From positions 10,726,298-10,790,297 of the forward strand of contig CAJINV010000003.1 in assembly GCA_905178155.1 (NCBI GenBank): a stretch of 64,000 nt of DNA, in the 5' to 3' direction. This DNA comes from Amoebophrya sp. A120 (Eukaryota; Protista; Dinoflagellata). The notes under the pieces are model-generated. The model saw only the letters and a list, made by a program, of their open reading frames with translations, was not told the origin of the DNA and did not search any database. This document shows, piece by piece, positions 12,019 to 25,003 of this stretch (the first letter of the stretch is position 1; each line of letters opens with the position of its first letter). A program made the translations under genes and the position numbers.

Positions 12019-13030
12019 CTAACGCTGAACCCTGTGCGACGTCGACGGATGTGGACCGTGGAGATTGAGGCGCGAAGTGTCTGTGATGTAACGAATTGGT
12101 AATAGTTGTGCAAAGAAAAACTGCTGAGAAATTGAGATGTGTTGTGTGTGTGTAGCAACCAATACAAAAACAAAGATATTTGCAGCATAAGAAATACAAA
12201 GTCACAAAGTAGGCTTCGAGATCGAGAAACAAAACGAATTTTATCGACTTAGCTCCTTCGCGAAAGGTGGAAACTGTGTTCAACGCACTGGAAATAAAGA
12301 ATACCATTTGTGGGCTTGATAAACGTCTTTTCCTTTTGATTGTTGTTGGGCTGGATCTGAAAAATGCCGCGTTGATGTTCGTCTTCAGAGTTTTCATTTT
12401 CCTCGTCGTCTTGCACTGTTTCACTTTTCAATCAAAGCAAAACCGTAGGGAAATCTGATAATCTCTTTTTGCGTTCCAATTGCGGAATCCAAAAACTTCA
12501 AAATGCCGCCGAAGAAGATCAACATTGGGACCGGCGCGGTTTGATGAATGACGCAAACCAGACAGCTGCCGGATTTCTTAAAGTTTAAAATTTTTTTTTC
12601 AATGTTTGTTGAACACCAGAAGCAACCGATCCTGCATAGTCACGTCGCTGCTGTGTCGCAGCAGCTTGTGTTCTAGTTAGTTTAAGCACTTCCTTGGTGT
12701 GCATCGCGGTGACATGAATAAAGCCACCCACGCACTTTACGGAAGGCGTTCTGTCTGTCCGCAACACGAACTCGCTTAGACGATAGTCGGCGGCTCCTGT
12801 TCGGCTGCTTCTCCTGCCGTGTGTTCGCTGCTGGTTTGTGAAGCATTATTCATATGCAAACGACATGCTTGTGATCATTAGCGCCATACTGACACACTAC
12901 ATGCATATCTGAGAAGTTAAAGGGCTAAAAGCTTCACAGTGCAGATCCGGTGAGATTTTACCTCCGCCTCAATGTAGGATCTAAATGCGTATTTAAAGTC
13001 TTTTTTTCACGAAGATCAAATTCTCATGAG

Positions 13031-14430
13031 CTACTGCCTTCGATCTTCCCAAGCATGCAAACCACTGCACTGTGAAGCTTCAGCCCGATATGTCAGTGCT
13101 CGCAAGCAACATGAGAGATTTTTTTTTGATAGAAGCGGTTCTTTATCAAGTGCAATGCAAATGCAATGCACGACCACCATCCGTGGACCGCTGGGTTCTC
13201 CGCGCTTCCATTTTTCCATCCGGCGGCGTTTTCGCATCTGTTCCTCTTTTTCCTTTCGTCCTTGTTCGCCGCCGGTCCGCTGCATCCGCTGCTGCCAGGA
13301 TATGCAGAACAAAAGCGCTATGGCCATCATCAACTCGCAGTCGCGCGCGATCATGCTTCTGTGCAAAAATGGCGATCACGTGCTGCATCGTCAAAACGAT
13401 TGTCGACTTGACGTCGTGTCGCAAAAAAAAGATTGCATTGAATCCGGAACATGCGAAGCGGGGTTTTTTTGAAATCGATGTGGTACATACAAAACGCGAC
13501 ATAGATACAAGGCAATCGCTTTTTTTGCCTGAGTTGAAGAAGTATTCCACGATGGGACTTTGGCATGACCTTCACCACCGCTTATTGATTTGGCCATAGC
13601 TCTTTTTTTTGGATATTCGCGGCGTCCCATGCGATTTCCATCAGGTTTGATCGAATCAAACAACCGCTGTCCGCTCCTTCGACGCGCTGGCTCCAATGCC
13701 CGTAGTCCAAATTTCCGCTTCCGCCGCAGCTTCTCCTTTCTGCTTTCCGTGTCCACCGTCCGCTCCGTCACGCGCAGCTGCTCCTCTCGCCGGCGCAGCT
13801 GGTCGTCCACTCGTCCTCCGTCGCAGCTGCTCCTCCACCCGCACTCGCGGGAAAGCCCGCACTCGCAGTGCCACCCGCACTCGCAGCTGCTCCTCGATTC
13901 GCGCCAGCAGCTGCTGCCGTATCCACCTTCCACTGAGCAACGCAGCAGCTCCTCCACCCGTCCACGGCGTCACTCGCAGCTGCCGTGACCACCGTCAGCT
14001 GCGTCACGCGCAGTGGTGGCTCGTCCACCCATCGCAGCTGGTGGTCCACCCGTTCTCCATCGCAGCTGCCTTTCCACTCGCGCTCGCAGCTGCTCCTCCA
14101 CCCGCACTCGCAGCTGCTCGTCCGTATCTGCAGAGTCCACCGTCGGGTGCATCGATGGCACCCGGCATCCACGCTGCCTCCACCCGGCATTGGACGATTG
14201 CGCGTTCACGGCATCGGACGGCGGTAAGACGGCTTCAACCGTCCACGCTGCCTCCACCCGCACCCGCTCCCAAGTAGCAACTGCCGTCGAACCACAACTC
14301 CAAGTGGCCCAGAGCAGCAGTCGAACCGCGGCTCCAAGTAGCTGCCGCGCGAGACAGCGCAGCAGAATCTCTCACGCATTCACCACCTGCGGAAGAGGTG
14401 GTGTTGTAACTAGTATGAACTTAAGCTAAT
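13031..14430 (-). pseudogene. Frameshifted repeat-containing coiled-coil ORF (EEQLR repeats), cargo of the transposon
   Basis: Repeated GCAGCTGCTCCTCCACCCG units on +. On the - strand, RVEEQLR-type peptides appear in several different frames. Confidence 0.45.
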
Positions 14431-15164
14431 GCTTTCTCATCAAGTGCGGTCTTTGTTATGAATCAATAAACATACTCACCGAGTAATTCCCTCTTTCTCA
14501 TGTGTCGCTGGTGTTGTAAGTGAAGTAACATTTTTCACAATATCAATTGCCACAAACCGAAAGACATAATACGACACTCTTTTGCATTTGTAATCAATAA
14601 CAGCGCCGCGATTGTTACATTTGCATTCTTCACATGTGAGAAAGAGAAAGGTGATCAATTCGATATTGCATTTGTGGAAAGAACATCGAGGCTTGCATTT
14701 TGAAAAAGCTGTTGCGGTGCACGTTCTTTTTTTATTTTCACTTTTACTCTGTGGTCTCAAAAAGAAGGATTTGTACAGGTCCTTTACTTTCATCGACAAA
14801 TAAATTGCTTGTTTTCGAATAGTCGCATAATCTGGTGGGTTTCTCGAAACAGAAACTTTTGTATAGACGGCTAACAGATACACCCTCGCGTCTTTTGGGA
14901 AAACCCACGCAGATTTATTTTCTCGAATGATGCGACCTCGAAATTATGCTCCAGGTGCACTATCTTTGCATCGCTGCGCGGAGAACGCAAATCCTATTTG
15001 CCCTTTTACAGAGCATACGTTCAAGAGAGAGTGCTTTTCTGCCAGCTCTCTACATGAACAAAAAGTAAAAACTACTGTACAGCACTTACTTCGTGATCAC
15101 TAGACGTTACTAATAAAACACTAATAAATGTAGCGCAATAGCCTTCGCTTTTTTACAAAGCCGA

Positions 15165-18100
15165 TTAGTCATCGGCCAACAGGTCATCCTCCTCGTCTTC
15201 GATGCCGTTGCTGGCCTCATTGTTGTTCACATTGTCGTTGTTGGCATCCTCGATCGGCTGCGGCGCGGCATTCGCGGCGTCCAAGTCATCGTCCAAGTCC
15301 ATAGACACCCTGCGCCTCTGCACGTACATGTCCGGTCGCATCTGCAGCGGCATGGCCTGATCCCCGTCGGCGGGATTGCCATTCGGCCATTTCCTGGTAA
15401 TCTGGCGGTACAGACTGTTACGACCTTCCCCACACGCTAATTCCCAGACTTCATCCGAGTTTTCGAACGCCAAGCTGGCAGCATCAAAGTCGCCTGATAG
15501 TTGTTTTTGTGTAGTGAAGAACATATCTGCATGTCTGTGATGAAGTTTTCTTGCATGAAGTGCAACTAGGCATGAAGATTCGCGTTTGGGTTTTTCATAC
15601 TGTTCTTTCTTCACTTCCTCTCCCTCTTCACAACTCTTTCTCGCAACCGATCTAGAAAACAAAAAGCAAAATCATACTTCCGATAATCGCCGTGGTGATC
15701 GCGGCCTGCGCCGGCAACAGGGTGTACACGCGGAACGCGGACATCATCTCCTGGAAGGCGATCTCGACCTCGTTGTAGGACAAAAGCACTTTGTTCCGGC
15801 ACACGGCGATATGGAAGTGAAAGCATTGTTTCCATCACACTACTTCGTCTCTTTGTCACGCTTTTTCACTTCAAGATCAGCATTGTTTCCAGCTAACATT
15901 GAATCAACATGCGAGACTCGAACTTGTGCCAGTGTTGTTTTTACATGACATTGTTATGCATAGAACCGAAGACGATAGCGTGATGGAAACATCGAATTGC
16001 ACTACATAGTCCAAGTGGGCAGCGACCTGCCGGGCCTTCTGCTCGCCCGTCTCGAGGTTGATCTGGTACTCGGAGTGGACGATGTTGCAGGCGAGGATCA
16101 ACGGACGAAACTGGTTGCGGACGGACAAGTTGTTGTACTCGGCCAACGCAGCGTGGACCTCGTCGCGGAGGGCCACGTTGTGGCTCCCGCCGGCATCCTG
16201 CGTCTGTTCGAACATCATCTTCATCTTCGACAAAATGCTCAGCATCCGCTTCACGTCCATGACAATCCGTTCTTCATCTAGCTTGAGGATCATGGAGCGC
16301 ACCTCCCCGACCAGATCGATGGTGATCCGGGCGGGTAACTTGGCAAAGGCCTCCAGGTCGTTCTCATGGATGGACTGACGCAGGCGATCCAAGCTGGAGA
16401 TGCAGGGGTGCGGCATGTCGTCCAGGGATCCGACGGTGTCGATCAAGTTCTGCATGAAGTCGCGCATGTCATCACGACGCTGTAGTGATGATGGTATTAA
16501 TTTAATTTCAGACTTTTCTTTCCACTACATGCTATGCACATCAAACCGAAGTAAACCGAAAGCCGAAATATGACGTTGTGCCACGTGATGTTGTATTTTT
16601 TACGTTAATGTGTGAAACTGAACCGACTCAACACTGATGTACAAAACAGATACGTACCAGCTGAAACAGTGTCACTTCGACCATCCCGTGGACCTTGTTG
16701 CACACCTTCCAGATGAAGAGTTCACCGCACTCATGGGCATCCAGCAGCTTGAACACGTGCGCGCTGTCGATCGACATGAGCATCGGGTCGTTCATGTGGT
16801 TCACCACCTTGACCAAGCCCTCCTCCAACATTTCCACCGTCGCAGCGGTATTCACAATCTGTACGTAATTTCAAATGCAAGTAGAGGGATTTTCTTTCAT
16901 GAAAGCCTCATTGTGTCATGCGAAAGTGATTGCTTATGCAAGTTCAGAGCGGTGCTATGTATGACATACCGTTTCGAGTTTCATCCAAGATTTATGTTGG
17001 GGCGTTTCGGTCTGGTTGAGGGCGATGACGTCACGCATCTTCAATTGGAGCTTCTGGACCTTCTTCTCGCGGCAGGCGCGGATCACCAGCTTCAAGTTGG
17101 CCTTCAAGTCGGGCATGTGCGTGGTAGGTCCGATGAAGAAACGACCGCGGTTCTCGGCCCTGGTATTAGTATTTTTTTCAATATTACATGAGTCCAAGAT
17201 AGAAAGCGCAATAGTTGCGTCATCGATGAAAAACACATGTATCACTACTAGACTTGATGCTCACACGAAGTACAAAAATACCACTCTGCCACTCCCTGCA
17301 GCGTACGGATCTTGGTGCTCACATTGGACCTCGCCGCGTTCACGATACCCTGGTCGAGACAATCGATGGCTCCGACTTCGCACCAGGCCAACCAGTTGTC
17401 GCTGCAGAATTCAGCGCACCAATCGAACACGTACAAGGCGGACAAGGCGGTGGACTCGTCGCTGAGACTCAACGCGCGGCTCGTCAGGTGTTCCTGAAAG
17501 AAGTTTTTATGCAATTTCAACATGATCTTGCTTTTCTGATCACACAAAATCCCTTTCTTGACGTGCTGCTAGGAAATTGGCACAAAGTTCTTATTTGTCA
17601 TGCAGTGTCGTAGGTACCTTGGCGACAAAGCCAGTTTTTTGAATCTACACAAGACAAGATGCAAGTGAACATGTTGAAATATTTTAGTACCAGGAGCGCC
17701 TGCGCGGATTCATCAGCGGTGCCTCTCAAAACGGTCTTGTCGGAGTCGCGGAACGTCGCGCGGTTATGGTGATGCAAGGTGGGAATTCCTGTTTTGTATG
17801 TTGAGGCCTAGTTGTCAAGTGTTCCTGAGCTGCTTTGTCATGCGTCGCGACATCAAAATAGTTGATGCGCAGATGATTCAAGATGACTCTTTCTAGAATT
17901 GCAAGTTTGTCATGCAGAACTAGACACAAAGTGCACGAATACATCACAGAATTCCCACAATTTACTATCATACAAAATACGATCAAAACGGGTCAGCAGC
18001 AAAACTTCACGAATAAATGTCGGCACCCGTTTGATTGCTTTCGCAATCAGTCGCTCATGACTCAAAGGAAGTCTCTGAATTTCTGCCTGGGACTTACGTC

Positions 18101-18588
18101 CCAGGGCCGCGATTCTCGCGTTAATTTTTGTACGCGTATAATTCTGATCACGCACAAGTTGCTTCAAAGCTTCGAAAATCGACGCCGAATTCTGTGATGT
18201 TTTTTTTTTTTGAATTTGAAACTGAAGTAGCATTGCATCTGTTTCTCATTTTGCATGATGAAGACATTCATTATACCGGTTCATCAGGAACTCTGGTTTT
18301 CAAAAGCATCGCATCTTTTCCATCTAAGTATCTAACAAAACGAAAGCCCATCTTTACTGTCATGCGCGTCGACTCTGCGACGGCCTGAGCCACCTGCTCA
18401 GTATCATGTCGTGTAAGGCGCGGTGGCATGAGTGGCTCAGATTCCTCAGAACTAGACTCACGATCAAGAATACTCTCTGCTGCTAAAGCCTCACCAGCCC
18501 ACAGTGTAGCGTTCAGAAGTCCCAAAGTGTGATAAGTGCTAGAGCGCTCTGATGTAGGAGTACTGCGAAGGCTGGATTGGCTGTTCAT
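15165..18588 (-). CDS. Multi-exon hypothetical helical protein with acidic C-terminus (transposon cargo)
   Basis: About 9 GC-rich coding blocks (e.g. 16010-16480, 16655-16860, 16970-17162, 17285-17495) separated by short AT-richer introns, several GT-AG. Ends ...EDEEDDLLADD*. No family recognised. Confidence 0.7.
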
Positions 18589-19993
18589 AATAATCGGCTA
18601 CGGTTTTTTATTGAAAAGGACGTTCAAAGAATTCAAATCAGCAGCTACCTCGCTCTGAAAAAAAAGAGAAAGAAAGAACCGACTCTGTGTGTGCAGCGAT
18701 ATCAATTCGCTGAGAAACAAAGAAGCACTTCTACTATATTTCAAATCTGTAGTACGAAACTGGATCTGTGATCACTTTTCAGTCATCATGTGCGTAAAAT
18801 ACACTTCAGGTGCTGAAACTTCTATTCATCAAGACCTTCGACGCGAACACGGTGCAGAAGATGTGAAAACGAGCTCAAGCACGCTGGCAAATAGGTACTA
18901 CTACTTTCTTTTCTGGTTTTGTACTGTAAATATGACGCGCAACTGATGCGAAGTATGCAGCAAAGTTATACACTGAAACTGTACAAGATTTTCGCGTGCT
19001 TTTTTGTTACTTTTCCACTATGTTTGCTATGCTGTGTTCATCTATCCCTTTTCCAAGCTTCAACTCAATGCTTTCCCATGCCATGCAAGATGTGTTACTT
19101 TTCTTCATGTATTCTATTACTATTTCTTCACTTTCATGTACTACATCGCGTCGCTTTTATACCTCTGTTAGTGGACGTCTACTACTGCGAAGCCTACTAC
19201 TGTAAAGCGTGCTTCTACTATTTGTTATTCTATCCTACATTCTATCAGGTACTATTGGAGGAGTCGATCGAGAAGGTGACGAAGATCGTGCAGCCCACCA
19301 AGTAGACACCATGGTCGTGCAGGTCGACGCGGACGTGGCCATGGAGTTCATCGCGGTCTTCGGTATGCATCTGCAGGATCTCCTTGGCAATACAAACTCA
19401 GGAACGCTGCATTACAAATCCAGAAGGTCGCCTTCTTGAAGTACAAAGCTGCCAGCATGACAAGCTCATGAACGCATCAGATCCAGGCTGCTCTACATGG
19501 CGGAGGTCATGCCAAGTCGATCCTGGTCACCTTCTCGTCGATTCCGGCTACAGATGATTGAAGTTGGGAACGTGAAAATCTAGATTTTACAAGAAGAAAG
19601 CTGTTCATTTTATTAAGAATACTTCAACTAGAACGACTCGCGAAAACTTAAGAAGGAGAGCAAGACTTTGAGTAGAATTATTGAGGCAATTATTATCTCA
19701 CTATTTTCAAAAACATATGTCCATTATTTTGTACGTTCCACGATGCTACGATCACGGTTATAGAGGTCTCATTATTTTCTCGAATGGACAAAATAATTTA
19801 TGTTTTTCTACATAAGATTTTCTTAATATTTTCTTAATATTTTGACTACCAAATGATCACGCTTTCTACAGAAGAGTCTTAAAAGAGAGAAAGTGAGTGC
19901 TTATTTTCTGAAGCTGCCGGCTGCTGCTGGAGAACGAGTTGCGTTCCCCCCTGGTCCTTCCAAATCGTTGTGTTCTTGTCGTCGATCCGCCCG

Positions 19994-22900
19994 TTACGCG
20001 GTGCCCATTTTCCGCAACAGGTTCTCTGCGGATTCCGGCTCTGGTTCTTCCGCAATAGCAGGCAGCTTTCCGCTCTTCTTCTTTCGCTTCTTCTTCTCCA
20101 GCAGCACGGGCAACTCATCACCATCCAACGCGTCCTCCGCTGCCGGAAAATCGTGGTAATGCGGCGCGACAAACGCAGGGTCCAAGCACTTCAATTCACC
20201 GTCGCCGATTGTCGCTTCAGCTTCGATCTCCACCCACTTCTTCCCGTTCACGGTTACCACCTGCTTCGCGTACTCCAGAATCTCGCTCATCGCCTCGTCG
20301 TACTGCAGCTTCAGCGCATCCACGTGGTGTTGGCCAGGAAAAGCGGTGGGATCTTTGTTGTGGAGGACGGCTCGTGGTGCTATGAAGCGCGCACGGCAAC
20401 TCCACACGTTTAGCATCAACTCGGTGAAGAAGTGGCCGCTGTGCTCGCCATGCCGCATGTACTTCACGGCGTTTTTCGTTGCCCCGGTCTTCATATTCAA
20501 GCACCGCGACGAATAGCAGTCCGCGATCTGCTTTTTCATCGTTCCGTGGATGCATTCCACCTTGAAACGCAAGCTGTCCTTGGCTTTCCCGCGGTTGTCG
20601 GACTTGCTGGTATTTTCGCTGACCTTGAAGCCGGAAATTCGCAGCGGATGCATCCGGGATGCGACGATCTTCTTCTGCCAAGCGAACTCCTTGCACTCCC
20701 GTCCATCGATCTGCACAGTCGCCTTCTGCGACACTTGGGAATCCAGAGACGTCTGCTGCGTTTGGGTATCCTTCTGCTTGCTCTGCGAAGAGAGCTCCGG
20801 AATAAGGTCGTCAGCAGCCAACGCGGCATCTTCATCCACTTCGCGGCGCAGCCGCACCACGACGCTCTGCTTCTCCTTCACCACGTAGATTTTGTCCTGT
20901 ACTTGCGGGTCAGCAGCTTATCCACGCTGCAAACGTAACCAAGCACCCGGTCTGTTCGGAGAAACGTCACATATGCATGTTTTTTGCATGGCAAAGTGCT
21001 TGTATTTCAGTCGCAGCTTCGGCTGCGGAGCAGTGCTTTTTTATCCACAGCACCAACCGCAACACCAGTCGCTCGCTCTGGTCGTATTTCTCCAGCAACC
21101 GACCACGAAGCTGCTTGGTTACGTTTCCACCGATACAATACGCAGTGCCACCGGCCGCATCGTCCGCTGAACGTTATCATTGAGAGCGTATCTCTCCATC
21201 AATGACATCTGCTTGATCGCGTCCTCGGAGATGGTCTTGTCGGGTTGCGGCTTCACTTTCACCGTCTTATCCAGGTTAATCGTGACCTGCTCTCCGCGAC
21301 ACACGCACGGAAGCGTCATCTTTGCGTCCGGTAGTAGCTTCATCGTGAAGAAGCTGTGCGCCTCCCCAAGGTCGTAATCCACGTCGCAGTCGGAGTAAAC
21401 CATCACGCAGGTTGGCGCGAATTTCTCGTCAAAAACGCCCTGCACTTCGTCTTTTCCAGCAGGCAGCTTCTGCAGCTGTATCGCCTTGAAATGCGCCGGA
21501 CCGCACATGATCTCCAGGATCATGAAGTCGTGCAGTTCGTTCGTCTCCTTGTGCCGCAGCTTCGTGATCAAGACGTTTGTCAGCAGCTTTTTCAAGTCGG
21601 AAGCCAACTTTTCCACCGCGGCAGCAACCTTCAAATCTCCGTCGATGATCTCCGCTTCTGGTTCCGGCTCCGGCAGGTTATCTTCCAAGCTTTCGTCGTC
21701 CTGCAGGTGGTGCAGCTGCAATTGCTCCACATATGAAGAAGGTATCACAGAAAAAGCATGCTTTTTCTTGCAAAAAAGAACTTGTCATGCGCAAGTGTTG
21801 CATTGCAAATTGTGGGTCAAGCGAAACAAGCTCGCATTCTTTTTGAAAAGCTAGTAGTTCTTCACTGTGATACCATTCTTCGTTTCTTTTGTATCCGTGC
21901 TGCACTTCTCTTTCAGCGTCTTGTTCTTCGCCCGCACGTACTTATCCAATATCGCCGCGACCAGTGGCACCTTCCGCGCTTTGACGCGTATTTCCGGCGG
22001 AGATTCGTTCTGCAGTGGCTGCAGGACCCGGGAGGTGGAGATTGGCAACAGCTTCCGGTAATCGTTCTTGTCAGTGACAAACTCACTACACACTGCGTCT
22101 TCCACCGCGAGGTAGTAACCACGCTCCGCCAGCGCCACCGGCTCCGCGCGATCCGGCCACTCATCCTCGCTTTCGCTTTCCGACTCGAACTTGGGTCCTG
22201 CTTTGACTTCTTTTTTGTTCTGCAGCTGCGCCATCGCTTCGTACTTCGTCTGCTCCGCAGCACTGCCCCAACTGTTCAGCAGGTGCGTTGTCTTCAGCGA
22301 TCCATGCTTTCCTTCCTGCTTTTCCACCGTCTTGTACTGGTGACTCCGTTTCATGTCGATTGCGCGCGGAACGTGGTAGGTGCGCTTCTTCGCCGCAGGT
22401 GCGCGGGCCTGCGTGTCATCGTCTGCGGGTGTGGTGTCGAACCGCTTTGCTTCGTCCACAGCAGAATCCCTGCAATTCTGCCAGTCCGTCCTGTTGCAGG
22501 CCGTGTCGGCCCCTGGTGTGCTTTTCAAACCGTGGCGGACTTCCCGCGATACCCGCTTGTACCGGCCGATTTTCCTCTCCACGTTCTTCGTCAGCCGGTT
22601 CCGCCGGTACAAATAGCAGCACGCCGAATGCAGACGACTCTTCCGCTGCTTCGGCGGCTGCGCCTTGTACCACGCCGCGAGGCTTTCCAGTGCCATCGTT
22701 CCCGGATCCCCCTGCTCGTAGTTTCCGTCCTGCCAGTTTTCCAATTCTTCGATGCACTTGGAGCGGTCTTTGAACATGTACTTGACGAGCCAGGAGTCGT
22801 GTTTGTTGGTTGAAAACTCGCGGTACCGCATTGATGTAATCGAGAAGTACAATCCCAACTGCGCCGCAACGCGGTGAAAGTCGATCTGTAAAGAATTTGT

Positions 22901-24907
22901 CATGCATTTGATGATGATGTTGGAAATTTGTCATGCGAAAACAGGTTTGCATTAGTCAAGCAATCTTCAACGTCGATACCAAGGCCTCCTGCGCTGCGGA
23001 AAATTGCACGTCCGGCTGCCCGACCCGGCAAAACAAGAACTTCATGTCAGACAAAACTGCCTCCCGGTTCCCGAGGTATTTTACTGCGTCGTTTACCTCC
23101 TGCAAAAACGTCCGCCACAGTTTCTGCGATTCGTCTCGGTCGCTCGACTTCAAAAGTTCGCGGCAGTAGTTGTCCGACGGGTTCAGGATAATCATCGCCA
23201 TCCAGATGCTAATGTTGTAGATGAACTGCATATCTGGGTCGTGTTTTCAGATTTGGAAATTTGTAATGCATTCTGGAAGCGACGACTCTGTAATGCATGT
23301 GGTTGCTTTAGCATGACATTTGCATTGCAAAATCTAGAACGAAGAGCCACGCGTGCTCTTTCTGCGTCATATCTTGAATCACAACAAAATATCAAAAAAA
23401 AAAACTTGTGCTTCCGCTCATGTTAAGCTGGAATTCGTGGGACAAGTATTGTTCATCTCCGAGCTTTATCGTCGACCCCAGCCCGATGAGAATCAGCGGC
23501 AAACAAAATGCACACATCGCCGCGTACTGTGCCAGTGCGATGGACACAGTTAGCCATCTGGTCCAGACGGGCAATCTGGTTCCTTTGTACAATTTATGTA
23601 CCGCCTGCGTAGCCTGTTCCCGTGCGGCGTGGGGCACCATCAGGTTGGTGCGTTTTACGTTGCATTTCAAGAAGAATTCTTTCTTCTTGATTGGAATCGG
23701 GATCCGGTTTACGAAGTCGACGAACTCCGGCTGCGGTGCTGGGTTGAAGGTTTCGCTAGACGCCTGCGAGATGTGCACTTTCATCTCTGCCAGCTTTGCA
23801 TGCGCCCGATCCTGCATCAGCTTGATGCTCATCCCCTGTAAGAAATAAATAATAAATTTATTTTGCATACTATCCACATCTTCACAGCATCACCCTTTGC
23901 ATGACAAAAATTCTCATACCTGCAGATACACCCTCCGTTGCCATCGCGTTTTGTCGAGTCCACACAGTCCCAGATACAGCTCGACACTGCTGCGGCCGGT
24001 GATGGCGACTTGGTGCGCGAGGCACCGAGTCGGCCACAGGATCACGTTGCTCCGCAGCCAGGAGTTGGACAGGAATACGGCGCCCACATAAAACAAACTG
24101 TTGATTGTGGATCCGCCACTATCAGTCGAGGGACTAAAAATTTTGACGGTCGCCGGGTGTAGATTTTTATACCACTCCTCCGGTCGGATGTAGCTGAGCA
24201 GCTGCTCAGCCACCTCCCACGCTTCACTGAAGCCCCGAAAACAGGATGCGTTCTTCTCGCCCAGCTTGGCACGGTCAAAAAAAATATCACAACCAAACTC
24301 GATGCTTGATGTGACTCGAAAGATTAGTGCTTCTGCATCACAAGTTCTGCATTACAGATCAGCTGCGAGGCAGCTGGTATTTATTATCGTCAGGTGATGT
24401 TGACTATCATCTGCGGACGTTTTGAGATTTGTCATGCAAATAGAATGAAAATGATCACACCAATCAGCATCGAGTTTTTTCATTTGGATACTTGCTGCTA
24501 TTCGGGTACAATACTGCATGTGCCGGAATGCACACGGTGCCGATACTGTCGTGCCCCCCGATGATGAAGTACACCGTGCAAAACATGAACATGATGTGCG
24601 CAAATATTCGCAGCCTGCCCACTGTCGACCCGGACCAGAATAGTTGTTGGGTCGTCGATCCGTCCATTTCGCATTTTACATCGACGACCTCGTACTTGAT
24701 GTCGTTGAAGTACGTCGATGATGTGCTTTTCGCGTTTCGGCACAGCAAACTACTCAACCTCCACGCGGCGCGAGCAGGCACTTCTCCTAACCCGTAGAAG
24801 AAGTCGAGCGCCGGATTGTTTTCTCGCGGCACAGGAGGTGGAGCAGGTACTTCCTCTGCTACCACCAGGTCCGTCTCCGCAGGTTTCCGCTTATTCTGCT
24901 TTTTCAT
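19994..24907 (-). CDS. hAT-like DDE transposase with long C-terminal extension; two apparent 1-nt frameshifts in the 3' part
   Basis: Motifs in hAT order across exons: CEMDGST (D1, ~24663), STDSGG (D2, ~24122), RCLAHQV (CxxH, ~24013-24024), LPVWTRW (TRW, ~23554-23562), LTKNVERKI (E, ~22578). Followed by an HMG-box-like segment (LLNSWGSAAEQTKYEAMA). Confidence 0.8.
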
Positions 24908-25003
24908 CTTGTAAAACCTGCGGGGATACTACGACGCAGATGTTAGATCAACAAACCGCGGCGGTATGTTGATGTTACAACCAGGGGGGAAGCTGCTAGT
25001 ATT

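Noticed and set aside
19209-19560. Small + strand gene inside the transposon
   Set aside because: Coding-like composition, but broken by stops and frame changes and too short to assign.
20880-21185. Stop-codon reassignment as the explanation for breaks in the transposase
   Set aside because: Host ORFs of 858 and 1532 codons have no internal stops under the standard code, and the breaks need frame changes, not readthrough.
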